Shown piece after piece: positions 1-10,557 of a DNA stretch of 61,583 nt. The notes under the pieces are model-generated. The model was not told the origin of the DNA. It saw only the letters and a list, made by a program, of their open reading frames with translations, and ran no database searches. The translations under genes and the position numbers were made by a program. Position 1 is the first letter of the stretch. The number at the start of each line of letters is the position of its first letter. The stretch is from positions 1-61,583 of the forward strand of contig JBKHIT010000026.1 of NCBI GenBank assembly GCA_046538485.1. Direction: 5' to 3'. The DNA comes from Candidatus Brocadiia bacterium (GTDB lineage Bacteria > Planctomycetota > Brocadiia > SM23-32).

Positions 1-193
1 GAAATTCGCAGAATTTGCGCCATTTTCGGCGCATATTCGCTTATTTTGGGACTAGACTAAAGAACTCTGAAAGGCCACGTAGACCCGGGTTACGGAGAAG
101 CACAAAATGTTGCGGGCAACGTGGTGTCCGTGCACTGTGCGCGCGGCGGACAGCCCTGAATTTTCTCATAGCATTTGAAAGACAAAACCCACC

Positions 194-2284
194 ATGAACA
201 ACTGCATCCTGAACGCAACGTCATTGTATGTTTTGGTTCTGCTTACCTTCAGTTTCCTGCCAGCATGTGCCTCCGCCACAAAAGGAAACGAACCTCCGCA
301 GTATCCTGATGCAATCAGCGATTTCAAGCCTCCAAAGGAGCCGGTTCATCGGACGTGGTTCGTCGATACACCACTCCCGGATGAGGGTAACCAGAAGTAC
401 CGGGACATGCTGAACGGAATCGTCGGTCGCTGCATCCGATCGGCGGAAAAAGGGGATGAAAAGGGTCTTTGGGCAAAATTCCGGTGTTCGCAGTACTTTG
501 GCCTGTACGCTGTGTGGGGACTGTGTTCGCCGGACAGCCGGCACAATGAAAGCAAAGTTCTGGAGCAACTACTTCGCGCGTGGATGGATGAGACGTACCC
601 GCAGGAATCTGGAGAGCTGAAGAGCGGTTGGAAAGCGTGGTATCTTTACGCGCCCCTGGTGGAAATATCGGCCCGTCCGGGATTGCGCAAATTGGTGGGT
701 GAAGGACTGCTCAACAGGGGTATCCGTCGTGTCCTGGAAAACGCCCGACGGATCACGGAGGAAAAATGGGAGAAAATTCTGCGTCAAAGCGTGAAGATCG
801 TCAATTTCCCCACCCACGGCCAGATGTTTGCGTTCACCCTCGGCTGGATCCTGGCGCGCGAGCACGAACCCCAACTGGCACCGCAACTGCTTCGACGAGC
901 AGCCTACCTCACGCGCATGCTCGAATGGCACATGCAACCTAACGGCACCATCCGTTACATCTATGAACCAGAATTCGATGGACCTCAGCTCGTGGGCGAA
1001 CAGATGTACTATCACAACGTCAACATACGCGCCCTCTACATGTACTGGTGGTTCGTGGGGGACGAGCGCGCCGAGATACTTTTGCACGCACAGGCGCCGT
1101 ATTACAAACTCCGCGTAATGCCGTGGGTAGGGCGCGGGGGGGCGCCGCACGGAACGCACTATCATTCAGCGATCTGGTGGAAGGAACAGTGGCGTACGTT
1201 CTGGCCCGGTGCTGTTGCTCTGTCGGCGGCATCCACCGAGGACGGCCAACTCGCCAAACTCGCCCTGGAGATGGCACAGAACAATACGGGGCACGATCGC
1301 AAGTTTGCCGACTGGGCCGTGCACGGCTACAAGCAATTGGCCCTTCGGGAGGTCAAGCCCCAGCCACGTGCCGACAACTACGTCCTTCCCGACCCCGATA
1401 TCGGCGGTCTGCGGATGAAATTCGGCCATTTGAGTTCCGTGTTCTCGTCCAATTCCTACGGCTACACTCTGGCCGGCTCCCTGACCCCGCAGAGCGGCCT
1501 GGCCGGGGCTTATCCAATGGTTCGAATCGATCCATTGGTGCATAATCCAAAGTATCAGTTCAGCAATTACCACATCGCCGGGCTGAAAAAACCACTTTCC
1601 ATGATTGACGTCCATGAGAAATCCGCTGCCGCCGCGGGTTCTTACGTGCCTCACGATCAGAAAACGACCTGGCGGAACCCCCACCGGTCCGGTCCCTGGC
1701 AGGTGCGGCAAGCGTGGCTTTTCCTGCCCGACCAGCTTGTCGGCCTGATGACGCTCCGGACCACCGGGGAAGCCCGCGCACGTAACGCCGAGCACATATT
1801 CCGGCTCATGACCGGCAAGGTGAGTCGCACGGAAGACGATACATTCGAAGCCGGGGAGCTGAAACTGCAGGTTGGCCCCACGAATTTGCCGCACCTGCTG
1901 GTCGAACCGGCCAGGAAATATTCCATGAGCACGGGGGAGCCCTGGCAACAGGTGGTTCTGTCGCACAGGAAACGCCCGTCGAAGAAAGAGGCGCGGGAAG
2001 GGGGAGAAGACGAGGAGCCGACTCTGCCCCTCAATGACTATGAGCCCGATCAGTGCTTCCATAGCGTCGTGGAGATCCGCCGGTCCGATGCCGCCCCGGC
2101 ACGTTTGAGCCTCATTTCCAGCGGGCAAGACCTGCTGGCCTTCGAGGCGGGAAGTGGCCCCAACCGTTATTTGACGGTCGCAAATTTTGCCGGCGGGGAT
2201 GGCCCGGGTATTATTGCGTGGAAAGGAAAAGAACTGTCAATCCCGCCGAAAACTGTGAAACTCATACGAAATCCAGAAAAGTGA
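194..2284 (+). CDS. Secreted/lipoprotein hypothetical protein, possible alpha/alpha-toroid plus beta-sandwich fold (heparinase II/III or polysaccharide-lyase-like)
   Basis: 696-aa ORF. N-terminal hydrophobic stretch ending LPAC (possible lipobox). Trp/Tyr/His-rich helical half (GEQMYYHNVN) followed by a beta-rich C-terminal half. Fold is inferred. Confidence 0.6.
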   Translation: MNNCILNATSLYVLVLLTFSFLPACASATKGNEPPQYPDAISDFKPPKEPVHRTWFVDTPLPDEGNQKYRDMLNGIVGRCIRSAEKGDEKGLWAKFRCSQYFGLYAVWGLCSPDSRHNESKVLEQLLRAWMDETYPQESGELKSGWKAWYLYAPLVEISARPGLRKLVGEGLLNRGIRRVLENARRITEEKWEKILRQSVKIVNFPTHGQMFAFTLGWILAREHEPQLAPQLLRRAAYLTRMLEWHMQPNGTIRYIYEPEFDGPQLVGEQMYYHNVNIRALYMYWWFVGDERAEILLHAQAPYYKLRVMPWVGRGGAPHGTHYHSAIWWKEQWRTFWPGAVALSAASTEDGQLAKLALEMAQNNTGHDRKFADWAVHGYKQLALREVKPQPRADNYVLPDPDIGGLRMKFGHLSSVFSSNSYGYTLAGSLTPQSGLAGAYPMVRIDPLVHNPKYQFSNYHIAGLKKPLSMIDVHEKSAAAAGSYVPHDQKTTWRNPHRSGPWQVRQAWLFLPDQLVGLMTLRTTGEARARNAEHIFRLMTGKVSRTEDDTFEAGELKLQVGPTNLPHLLVEPARKYSMSTGEPWQQVVLSHRKRPSKKEAREGGEDEEPTLPLNDYEPDQCFHSVVEIRRSDAAPARLSLISSGQDLLAFEAGSGPNRYLTVANFAGGDGPGIIAWKGKELSIPPKTVKLIRNPEK

Positions 2285-2332
2285 ATGGGCCCTTTTCACT
2301 TGTAGACGAACTCTCGAAGGAGAAACAGAATA

Positions 2333-4252
2333 ATGTCGCTCGCATCAGACAACGAGACGTCTCCCGGTCGTAGCCAGTCAACTCCCTGTCCCCCGGACCA
2401 CATGGAGGACGTGATGCTGGCCGTGAGCAGCGGAGAGGAGATTGATGAGGAGTTTGTCAGTTTTGCATCCCGGGTCGGTGCAACGCATATCGGTCTCGGT
2501 GGACTTCCATTCCGGTATGATGCGTTCCTGCCCGATAACAGTCGACCGTATCCCAACTGGTCGCAGAACAGCCTGAGTTTGTTCCGTATCTGCCCGCCGC
2601 CGGCTCTTGGGGAATTTATGCCGGATGAGGTGATCGCGCGCAATCAGAAGGTGCTGGATCAGCGTATTGAGCTGCTACGTCAACAGGGTCTGAAGGCCGT
2701 GTTCAACGCTTCGGAACCCCTGTACCTGCCCGAACCGGTTTTCCGTGAGCATCCCAACTGGCGCGGCGGGCAATGCGAACTGGGGCGGATTGCCACCACC
2801 GCGTATTTCACACCATCCATCGATGATCCCGAAGTTCTGGAACTGTATGAGGAGGCGGCGCGGCTGCTCTGCGAGCGATACCCCGAGATTGAGCGGTTCT
2901 TTTTCTGGACGAACGACTGTGGTGCGGGCCTGCAATGGTCGACATACCAGTATCCGGGCGTTAACGGACCCACGAAATACCGTCACCGCGGCCCGGGAGA
3001 ACGGATCGCCGGCTGGCTCCAGGCCATCCGCAGGGGCGCTTCTGAGGCCGGGTCGGACGTGGACATTAATCTGAGTACCTTCACGTTCCCGCCGGCGGAG
3101 ATGGAAGCTATACGCGCCAAATTCGGTGAAAATCTGTATCTGAAAGGCGTGAACGGAAAAGGCGACCGGTTCTGGACGGCCGGCGCCGGGCCGGGCGCTT
3201 CTTTTCACGGATTCCTGCTGGATCTCCCCGATCCCTTCTCCTATGTCCGTGGCCTCCAGAAGGTATACGGTGAGGATGGAGGAGCACGGCGCAAACTCTC
3301 CATCGGCGGTCACTCGTCCTGTGTTTTGCTCAAAACATTCCTGGAGGAACCCGGCACGGGTGTCGTTCATGAAACCGAAGTTGTACGCCGCGCGGCGGCG
3401 CAGATGGTAGGCGATGATCATGCCGATGCCCTGGTCGGCGTCTGGCGGGCCGTGACACAGGCACGACACGCGATGAATCAGGTGCGCCAGCGCGGGGGCG
3501 TTTCGCCGCTCACCGGAGAAGTTCTGGCGCGCTGGCTGGTCCGCCCCCTTGTGCCGCGTCCCGAAGCGCTGACCGACGAGGAGACCGCGCCGTTTCGCGA
3601 TTACATCTTCAGCAAGGCGCCCGACAAAGACATTGACGACCTCTGCGTGGTCCTGGGTAAACCGGTCTTCATCGGAAGCTGTGCGGTGTGGATGGCGCGC
3701 TGGGCGTTGCAGGAAGCAGTTGATACGTTGCGCAGCGCGCAGCGTAAAGCCAAAGGTGTCGCCGCCGAACTCAGTGAACCGCGACCGATAGATCTGCTGA
3801 CCGCACGAATCGGGGCGTTTGCGTGTGTGCTGGAAGACGCGCGCCTGGCGATAATGTTTCAGCACGCGTTGAATACGGCCGATCAGCCCCGCTACGGGCG
3901 GAACGTCTGGGATTTTGATGACAACATTTACTACGACCAGCGGGCTCTGACCATGCGACGTATCGCCCGGGAAAGTCTTGACAACACGTCCGAACTGATT
4001 CGCCTGATCGAGAATCACGACGAACCGGTTCTGGGGGTGGCCTCGAGTGCCCAAACAGAGAGCGTCTTCCAGTTCGGTCCTGACCTTGCGCAGCAGTTGC
4101 GCCACAAGCGAGAGGTGATGCTGGACCACTGGCCGGAGTATGAGGTGCTGTATCCGACCAGCCGTAAAAATGAATACGAGCCGTATGTGCTGCGAAAGTC
4201 CTCGCGCGAGATGGATGATGGAAGCGCGGAGGAGGAAAGAGAAGGCGATTGA
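2333..4252 (+). CDS. Hypothetical protein, possible TIM-barrel glycoside-hydrolase-like domain
   Basis: 639-aa ORF with AAGGAG upstream and no signal peptide. Motifs such as EPLYLPEPVFREHPNWRG, PSIDDPEV and FFFWTNDCGAG resemble uncharacterised GH-like barrels. Confidence 0.55.
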   Translation: MSLASDNETSPGRSQSTPCPPDHMEDVMLAVSSGEEIDEEFVSFASRVGATHIGLGGLPFRYDAFLPDNSRPYPNWSQNSLSLFRICPPPALGEFMPDEVIARNQKVLDQRIELLRQQGLKAVFNASEPLYLPEPVFREHPNWRGGQCELGRIATTAYFTPSIDDPEVLELYEEAARLLCERYPEIERFFFWTNDCGAGLQWSTYQYPGVNGPTKYRHRGPGERIAGWLQAIRRGASEAGSDVDINLSTFTFPPAEMEAIRAKFGENLYLKGVNGKGDRFWTAGAGPGASFHGFLLDLPDPFSYVRGLQKVYGEDGGARRKLSIGGHSSCVLLKTFLEEPGTGVVHETEVVRRAAAQMVGDDHADALVGVWRAVTQARHAMNQVRQRGGVSPLTGEVLARWLVRPLVPRPEALTDEETAPFRDYIFSKAPDKDIDDLCVVLGKPVFIGSCAVWMARWALQEAVDTLRSAQRKAKGVAAELSEPRPIDLLTARIGAFACVLEDARLAIMFQHALNTADQPRYGRNVWDFDDNIYYDQRALTMRRIARESLDNTSELIRLIENHDEPVLGVASSAQTESVFQFGPDLAQQLRHKREVMLDHWPEYEVLYPTSRKNEYEPYVLRKSSREMDDGSAEEEREGD

Positions 4253-4509
4253 GAATCGGCGCTGCAGCTGGTCTGGTGTTCTACTGGGCGCTTCTGGGAG
4301 CAGTTCGTTCGACGGCGGTGCGAGAAATATGCCGAGGGAAAGGGGAGGGAAATGCCAGTGGTTCAGACAGATGACGTCTCAAAGTCGTGCAGAGCGACGA
4401 GCAGGGACAACAAGCTTATTCACCAGTGAACCCGGTTCGAAGGGTGTAATGTGGTGGGGGCGCTCATTTATTGTGCGACCGGGGGATTGGCCTGAATATC
4501 GTGATGAGC

Positions 4510-5817
4510 TCAGACCTGATCGACGTTTATGCTCATCAGGAATTCGGCATTGTTCTGGGTTTGTTCCAGGCGTCCTTTCAGCACTTCAATGCCTTCCACG
4601 GGGGAGAGGTCATTGAGCATTCTGTGGAGCAGGCGCACGCGTTTTAATTCTTCGGGGTCCATGAGAAGTTCTTCCCGCCGTGTCCCGCTCTGGGTGACAT
4701 CGATCGCGGGGAAGATCCGTCGGTCGGCGAGTGCGCGGTCCAGATGCAGTTCCATGTTACCGGTCGCTTTGAATTCCTCGTAGATCACTTCGTCCATCTT
4801 GCTGCCGGTTTTGACCAGGGCGGTTCCGATGATCGTGAGGCTTCCGCCTTCTTCAATGTTTCGGGCGCTGCCGAGGAACTTTTTCGGTTTTTGCAGCGCG
4901 GTTGATTCCACACCGCCACTGAGGATACGTCCGCTGTGGGGCACTTCGTTGTTGTGGGCGCGGGCCAGGCGCGTGATCGAATCGAGGAATATGATAACGT
5001 CCTGCTCGTATTCGACCATACGGCGGGCCTTCTCAAGGACCATATTAGTGACCTGGATGTGGCGTTTCGGGGGTTCATCGAACGTCGAACTGATCACTTC
5101 TGCGGCGGGGACTGTTCGGCGCATGTCGGTTACTTCTTCAGGCCGTTCATCAATGAGCAGAATAATGACGTACGCGTCGGGATGATTGTCCAGAATGCCG
5201 TTGGCCATCATCTGCATCAGGACAGTTTTTCCTGTTCGGGGGGCCGCGACGATCATTCCGCGCTGACCTTTCCCGATAGGGGTTACCATGTCGACGATGC
5301 GGGTTTCGATACGATCCGGTTCCGTCTCAAGCATGAGACGTTCCTCTGGATGAAGAGGCGTCAGGTCTTCGAAAAGCGCGATTTCGTTTATTTTTTCCGG
5401 GCTTTCGAAGTTAACAGCCTCGACTTTGAGGAGGGCAAAATAATGCTCACCATCTTTGGGTGGTCGGATTTGACCTGAGACGACATGACCGGTACGGAGA
5501 CCAAATCGCCTGATCTGGCTTGGTGATACATAGATATCGTCCGGACTGGGCATATAGCTGTAGTCGGGCGAGCGAAGAAAACCGAACCCTTCGGGAAGGA
5601 CTTCCAGCACGCCTTCGCCGTACATGGCGCCATTACTTTTGACGCCGGCCTTCAAAATTTTGAAGACCAGTTCTTGTTTCTTCAACCCTGTGAAATTATT
5701 GATGCCCTGGTCGCGGGCGATTTCCTGCAGTTCTTTAATAGTTTTCTTTTGCAGGGCTTCGATGTGAAAGCCCCCGCTTGAATTCTTTGACTTTTTGCTT
5801 GAGTCTGTCTTTCCCAC
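4510..5817 (-). CDS. rho: Transcription termination factor Rho
   Basis: GFGFLR and [15 protein letters not shown]-binding motifs, GKGQRG...APRTGKT Walker [30 protein letters not shown]. Start placed at GTG 5817 behind AAGGAGG (the ORF track extends to 5892). Confidence 0.97.
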   Translation of the reverse strand: MGKTDSSKKSKNSSGGFHIEALQKKTIKELQEIARDQGINNFTGLKKQELVFKILKAGVKSNGAMYGEGVLEVLPEGFGFLRSPDYSYMPSPDDIYVSPSQIRRFGLRTGHVVSGQIRPPKDGEHYFALLKVEAVNFESPEKINEIALFEDLTPLHPEERLMLETEPDRIETRIVDMVTPIGKGQRGMIVAAPRTGKTVLMQMMANGILDNHPDAYVIILLIDERPEEVTDMRRTVPAAEVISSTFDEPPKRHIQVTNMVLEKARRMVEYEQDVIIFLDSITRLARAHNNEVPHSGRILSGGVESTALQKPKKFLGSARNIEEGGSLTIIGTALVKTGSKMDEVIYEEFKATGNMELHLDRALADRRIFPAIDVTQSGTRREELLMDPEELKRVRLLHRMLNDLSPVEGIEVLKGRLEQTQNNAEFLMSINVDQV

Positions 5818-5893
5818 TGATTTCCTCCTTCGGAGTTGTTTCCTGCCGGTCCCCGACAGCCTTTTTTTGACACGGCCTATGGGGACGTACAAT

Positions 5894-6520
5894 TCAACAA
5901 TTTAGCTTCTGTTTAAGTTGGTTAGAAAGTTGTTTGACGGCGCGTCGAAGGTCGCGCTCACTACCTGAGTTCTCGACGATATAGTCAGCCAGCTCTTTTT
6001 TCCGCGCTGGATCGATTTGAAGATTTTCTCGTTTGGCCAGTTCCTCAGATTCCCAATTTCGCTGTTTCTTTGCCCGCTGGCGGCGTTCTTCCAGGGGGCT
6101 GTTAACAAAAACCAGATCGGTGCACTGTTCACGGTGCAAATCAGTTTCAATCAGCAGGGCGGCATCCAAAACCACCGGTTTGTTGGTTTCACGGATTTGA
6201 TTTTTTATTTTTCTGAGAATGATTGGGTGGACGATCTCGTTGAGTTTTTCGAGATCATCGCGAGATTGAAAAGCAATTTGTGCGAGTTTTTCCCGATCAA
6301 TCTCTCCGGCATCACCGAGTATTTGATCTCCAAATATTTTCACGAGCCGGGTGCGGACCTCGCGTCTCTTCAAAACTTCGTGGCCCAGCATGTCAGCATC
6401 GATTCTGCAAAAACCTTCCTCTTCAAGCATTTTTGCCACTGTTGTTTTGCCGCTACAAAGGCCTCCTAAAATGCCCACAACTGGCTTTGATTGGCTTTTT
6501 GAGGTTTTTTGGGATGGCAT
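5894..6520 (-). CDS. coaE: Dephospho-CoA kinase
   Basis: [14 protein letters not shown]-loop, IDAD, IDREKLA, LNEIVHP, DAALLIE and ADYIVEN motifs; directly follows polA. Confidence 0.93.
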   Translation of the reverse strand: MPSQKTSKSQSKPVVGILGGLCSGKTTVAKMLEEEGFCRIDADMLGHEVLKRREVRTRLVKIFGDQILGDAGEIDREKLAQIAFQSRDDLEKLNEIVHPIILRKIKNQIRETNKPVVLDAALLIETDLHREQCTDLVFVNSPLEERRQRAKKQRNWESEELAKRENLQIDPARKKELADYIVENSGSERDLRRAVKQLSNQLKQKLNC

Positions 6521-9276
6521 TATTTTGCTTCTTCCCAGTTTTTACCCGCGGTGGCATCGACCTTGAGAGGTACTGATAGTTCCATCGCTCCCATCATTTC
6601 TTGGACCACAAAATGTCGAACAGCGTCAAGTTCAGGGTCGGGAACTTCAAACAGCAATTCGTCATGGATCTGTACGAGCATGCGGCTCTGCTGGCTGATT
6701 TGCGGTAGAGCCTTGTATATCGAAATCATGGCCAATTTGATAAGATCAGCGGCCGAGCCCTGAATCACGCTGTTGACGGCTATTCTTTCGGCAGCGCTTC
6801 GGACCTGCCCGCTGCTTCGGATGCCTTTGATGGCGCGTCGCCGACCCGCAAGCGTGCGAACATAACCATTCTCTCGGGCTTGCGAGACGGTTTTCCCTAT
6901 AAATTTTTTTACACGCGGATATCGTTCAAAATAGCTATCGATGAATTTCTGGGCCTCCGGGACGGGAACCCCGATGGATTTGCTCAATCCATAGGCGCTC
7001 TGCCCGTAAACGATTCCGAAATTGACGGCTTTTGCTTTCTGGCGCATCTCTTTTGTCACGTTTTTTTCGGAGACATCGTTTATTTGCGCGGCGACAAAAC
7101 TGTGAATATCTCGATCTTCGCGGAATACCTTTCTGAGCGTTTCATCTTCGGAACAATGGGCCAGGACTCGCAGCTCAACCTGTGAGTAATCGGCTCCCAG
7201 CAGGGACATAGAAGAGTCAGAAGGGACAAACGCGCGTCGAATTCGACGCCCGAGTTCCGTGCGAACGGGAATATTCTGCAGATTCGGATCGCTGCTGGAA
7301 AGCCGTCCTGTCGCCGTGGCGGTCTGATTGAAAGAGGTGTGGAGACGGCCTGTTTTGGGGTTGACTATTTTCAGCAGGGCGTCCGCGTAGGTGCTCTTGA
7401 GTTTGTTGAGTTCACGGTATTCGAGCAAATATCCCGCGATCTCATGCTCTTGAGCCAGGTCTGTCAGAACATCGCTCGCGGTTGAATAGCCGGTGGTGCG
7501 TTTTTTGCCTTTTGGAGGGGGCAGTTCCATTTCATCGAAAAGCACTGTGCTGAGTTGTTTGGGCGAATTAACATTGAACTCTCTGCCGGCTTTCTCGAAT
7601 ATCTTTTGTTCCAGTGATTTGATCCGTGTTTCGAGCTCTTCCTGCATTTTCTCCAGACAATCCTGATCGATTTTAATGCCATGCCATTCCATATCAGCGA
7701 GCACGGAGATGAGAGGCAATTCAAGTTTTTGGAAAAGGGGCATCAGTTCTTGTTTTTCCAACAGCGGCATCAGTCTTTCCGAAAGCCTGTAGGCGATGTC
7801 AGCATCTTCGCAGGCATAAGGAGCGACTTTCTCGACAGGAACCTCATCCATTCGGTCGTGTTCTTGCTTTTTGCCGATCAGTTCTTTGATGGGAACGGGC
7901 CGATAGTTCAGATGACGCCGGGCGAGTGAGTCGAGGCTGTGGCTTCGTTCGGCGGGTTGAAGCAGATAGCTGGCCAGCATTGTGTCACAAACAATGCCGT
8001 TGAGTTGAATATCGTATGCTTTTAAAATAAGCATATCGTATTTCAAATTTTGTCCGATAATGCCAATATCCGGATCTTCCAGGAGTGGTTGGAGTGCGGC
8101 GAGTGCCTTTTCCCTGGTGCACAGTTTCTCCTGCGGCGGCCCCGCGACCGCGACATAGGAGCCCTTTTTCTCTTCCCAGCTCAGGGCAATTCCCACGATT
8201 TCCGCTTCATGTGGGTCGAGACTGGTGGTTTCGAGATCGAATGAAAAAGGGGCGTTCTCTCGCAGTTGCCGAACGAGAACATCCAGTTTGTCGTCTGAAA
8301 GAATCGTTTCGTAGGCAATTTTCGTTGTTTCGATTGACTCCGGTTCGGCGATATCCGTTGCTTCGCTTTCCGTCTCAAAAAGGTTGCCCTGTCGGGTTGT
8401 GGTTTGGGCCGAGACAGAACCGCTGGGGTTATCATCCATAAACGATTCGAATCCGAGGGCACGATAAAATTCGTTCAGTTCTTGACCGTTTTGTTTTTCG
8501 ATCGTGCAGGCCTCGAGATCCAGATCAAGGGGCACGGAACAATCGATTGTGACGAGTTTCCTGCTCAGTTCGACCTGGTCGCGGTTTTCATCGAGTTTTT
8601 CGCGAATATTATCGCTTGAGACTTCCTGCAGATTTTCGTACAGATTTTCGACTGTCCCGAATTTTTTAATAAGTTTGACAGCCGTCTTTGGACCGATTCC
8701 ATAGACCCCTGGTATGTTATCGCTTGTATCGCCGGAAAGGGCCATCATTTCGACTATTTGCCAGGGTTGGACGCCACGTTTTCCTTTCAGGCCTTCAGGG
8801 TCCAGCATTTCTTCTCGGCTTTTGTGAATGTGCAGGACTTTGGTGTTGTTATCGATGAGTTGTTCCGCGTCTTTGTCCGTTGTCACCAGGACCGATTCCA
8901 GTCCTTTTTCAGACGCCCTTGCAGCAGCCGCCCCCAAGACATCGTCGGCTTCATAATTTTCCACGAGAAGCTGGGGTGTATTCTTTTTTTTCAGCATTTC
9001 CTTGATAACTGGAATTTGGCGCTGAAGGGGATCGGGCATTGGTTTCCGGGTTGCTTTATATTCTTCGTAAATTTCATGGCGGAACACTTTTCCCGGGGGG
9101 TCAAAAACCACGGCAAGGTAGTCTGGATTGTAATCATCTTCAATTTTGTGAAGGAGGCGTGCAAAGCCATAGACGGCGTTGACGGGTTCCCCATCTGGTC
9201 CTGTCAGACCGCGAATCGCATAGAAAACCTGGTGGATGTGGGCGTATGCGTCGATGAGGAAAAGTGTTTCAGGCAT
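6520..9276 (-). CDS. polA: DNA polymerase I
   Basis: 5'-3' exonuclease (LIDA, YEADDV, GDTSDNIPGV), 3'-5' exonuclease (FDLETT, YACEDAD), polymerase motifs (TGRLSSSDPNLQNIP, DYSQVELR, KAVNFGIVYG, QIHDEL). Confidence 0.98.
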   Translation of the reverse strand: MPETLFLIDAYAHIHQVFYAIRGLTGPDGEPVNAVYGFARLLHKIEDDYNPDYLAVVFDPPGKVFRHEIYEEYKATRKPMPDPLQRQIPVIKEMLKKKNTPQLLVENYEADDVLGAAAARASEKGLESVLVTTDKDAEQLIDNNTKVLHIHKSREEMLDPEGLKGKRGVQPWQIVEMMALSGDTSDNIPGVYGIGPKTAVKLIKKFGTVENLYENLQEVSSDNIREKLDENRDQVELSRKLVTIDCSVPLDLDLEACTIEKQNGQELNEFYRALGFESFMDDNPSGSVSAQTTTRQGNLFETESEATDIAEPESIETTKIAYETILSDDKLDVLVRQLRENAPFSFDLETTSLDPHEAEIVGIALSWEEKKGSYVAVAGPPQEKLCTREKALAALQPLLEDPDIGIIGQNLKYDMLILKAYDIQLNGIVCDTMLASYLLQPAERSHSLDSLARRHLNYRPVPIKELIGKKQEHDRMDEVPVEKVAPYACEDADIAYRLSERLMPLLEKQELMPLFQKLELPLISVLADMEWHGIKIDQDCLEKMQEELETRIKSLEQKIFEKAGREFNVNSPKQLSTVLFDEMELPPPKGKKRTTGYSTASDVLTDLAQEHEIAGYLLEYRELNKLKSTYADALLKIVNPKTGRLHTSFNQTATATGRLSSSDPNLQNIPVRTELGRRIRRAFVPSDSSMSLLGADYSQVELRVLAHCSEDETLRKVFREDRDIHSFVAAQINDVSEKNVTKEMRQKAKAVNFGIVYGQSAYGLSKSIGVPVPEAQKFIDSYFERYPRVKKFIGKTVSQARENGYVRTLAGRRRAIKGIRSSGQVRSAAERIAVNSVIQGSAADLIKLAMISIYKALPQISQQSRMLVQIHDELLFEVPDPELDAVRHFVVQEMMGAMELSVPLKVDATAGKNWEEAK

Positions 9277-9487
9277 TTAAGGTACAGTGAAATGTCGTGG
9301 GGTTACTTCGCAAAGGATTCACAAGAGGGTAGAAGCCTCATACTGTTGAGTCCCGCGCCTATAATAAGATTTTCATTGTCGATTGGCGCTGGTTTTAGAT
9401 CCGTCTCCTAAAATGAGACGGGCCACCTGACTGCGGAATTGGAACCGAAACTGAAAAATTTCTCAAAAGTCGGTTCCCCCGAGCCTA

Positions 9488-9665
9488 CAACGAAGGGGCG
9501 AAACTCCAGGTCAACTTCCTGAACTCCATCCTGATTTTTGTCGTAATCGGGAGGACCCCTGAATGTTGGCAGTTTCCCATATCTGCTATGCGTTTAGTTG
9601 GTAAACGCAGGGATAAATCCAATGGGATATTTCCGGCGTGTCGATCTGAAATTCCCCTCGAAGGA
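9488..9665 (-). ncRNA. Putative 6S-like structured RNA
   Basis: About 175 nt between genes, behind its own promoter. 5' GAGGGG-AAUUUCAG-AUCGAC pairs with 3' GUUGAC-CUGGAGUU-UCG-CCCCUUC. Apical stems UCCCAU/AUGGGA and UGCGUUUA/UAAACGCA, with an asymmetric central bubble carrying a 3'-side hairpin. Confidence 0.5.
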
Positions 9666-9671
9666 ATATTG

Positions 9672-9700
9672 AGTCTACCGTTTTGCAGCTCAAGTGTCAA
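9672..9700 (-). promoter_or_regulatory. Sigma70-type promoter TTGACA-17-TAGACT
   Basis: Minus strand reads TTGACA (9700-9695), a 17-bp spacer, then TAGACT (9677-9672). Confidence 0.75.
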
Positions 9701-9759
9701 ACGAAAATCCCGGGGGCAGAACAAAGAAAGGAATGTTCACCGAAAATTGGCCGAGCTTC

Positions 9760-10557
9760 TCAGCGTTCGGCCTCACCGTTTTCAGCCCGCAGCTTTCCCC
9801 GTGGGATCCGAGGTCCCGGATCCTGATCAAGCACGCATTGAACCGATCCCGTTTTGTCGGGCCGTTCAGGGGAGTCTTGTGCTGAGGTTGCACTCGATTT
9901 TTCACTCTCATCCGGTTTGCCTTCGTCACTTTTTTGATTGGTCGCCCGGGAAGCTTTCTGCTTGGGGTGCTGATTTTGTGAATCCAATGTGGCTTCTGCA
10001 GAGATAGATTTCTCGGGCAATTTCGGTGGATTGCGCGGGAGCAGAGCCAGGTTATGCTCGACTCGGTTTTGAATTTGTTTCAAAATTTGAGTCTCCCGCG
10101 GTGAAGGCGCGGTTGCCAGAGCATCCTGGATCGTTTGAATGGTGAATTTGTAAATCTCCCGAGCCCGCGGATATTCTTTAAGCAAAACGGCACAGTTCCC
10201 GGTATTAAAGTCTGCTCGAACGCGGATCGTAAGCGAACTCGCGGAGTCGAGACTGCCGAAAAAAGTTTCCGCCCGCGCGTATTGTTCGTCCCGGAAACAC
10301 GCCATGCCAGCGTTCAAGCGTGCTTCATCCCGGCACTCGTGGTGCTGAGAAAGTGAGGCAAAACCGCGGGCTGCATCCCGCCATTTCTGGTCGTTATAGT
10401 CCACCAGAGCACTATTGAAAACCTTACGCCACGAGTTATAGGGGTCGTCTGCCGGCAGAGAGATAACGCCAAATCCAAGTATCAGTAGACCTGCTGCAAG
10501 CACGAGGCGAGGAAGGAGAGGGCGAGGGATTTTAGCGGCTTGGGGCGGGTTTTTCAT
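9760..10557 (-). CDS. TPR protein, BatC-like
   Basis: Signal/TM segment; TPR motifs ARLNAGMACF...YARAETFF and ADFNTGN...YPRAREIY; HNLAL followed by a low-complexity Q/S/E/K tail. Confidence 0.65.
   Translation of the reverse strand: MKNPPQAAKIPRPLLPRLVLAAGLLILGFGVISLPADDPYNSWRKVFNSALVDYNDQKWRDAARGFASLSQHHECRDEARLNAGMACFRDEQYARAETFFGSLDSASSLTIRVRADFNTGNCAVLLKEYPRAREIYKFTIQTIQDALATAPSPRETQILKQIQNRVEHNLALLPRNPPKLPEKSISAEATLDSQNQHPKQKASRATNQKSDEGKPDESEKSSATSAQDSPERPDKTGSVQCVLDQDPGPRIPRGKLRAENGEAER

Noticed and set aside
5818..5892. Extended N-terminus of Rho
   Set aside because: A strong AAGGAGG precedes GTG 5817, so the upstream in-frame codons are probably untranslated.
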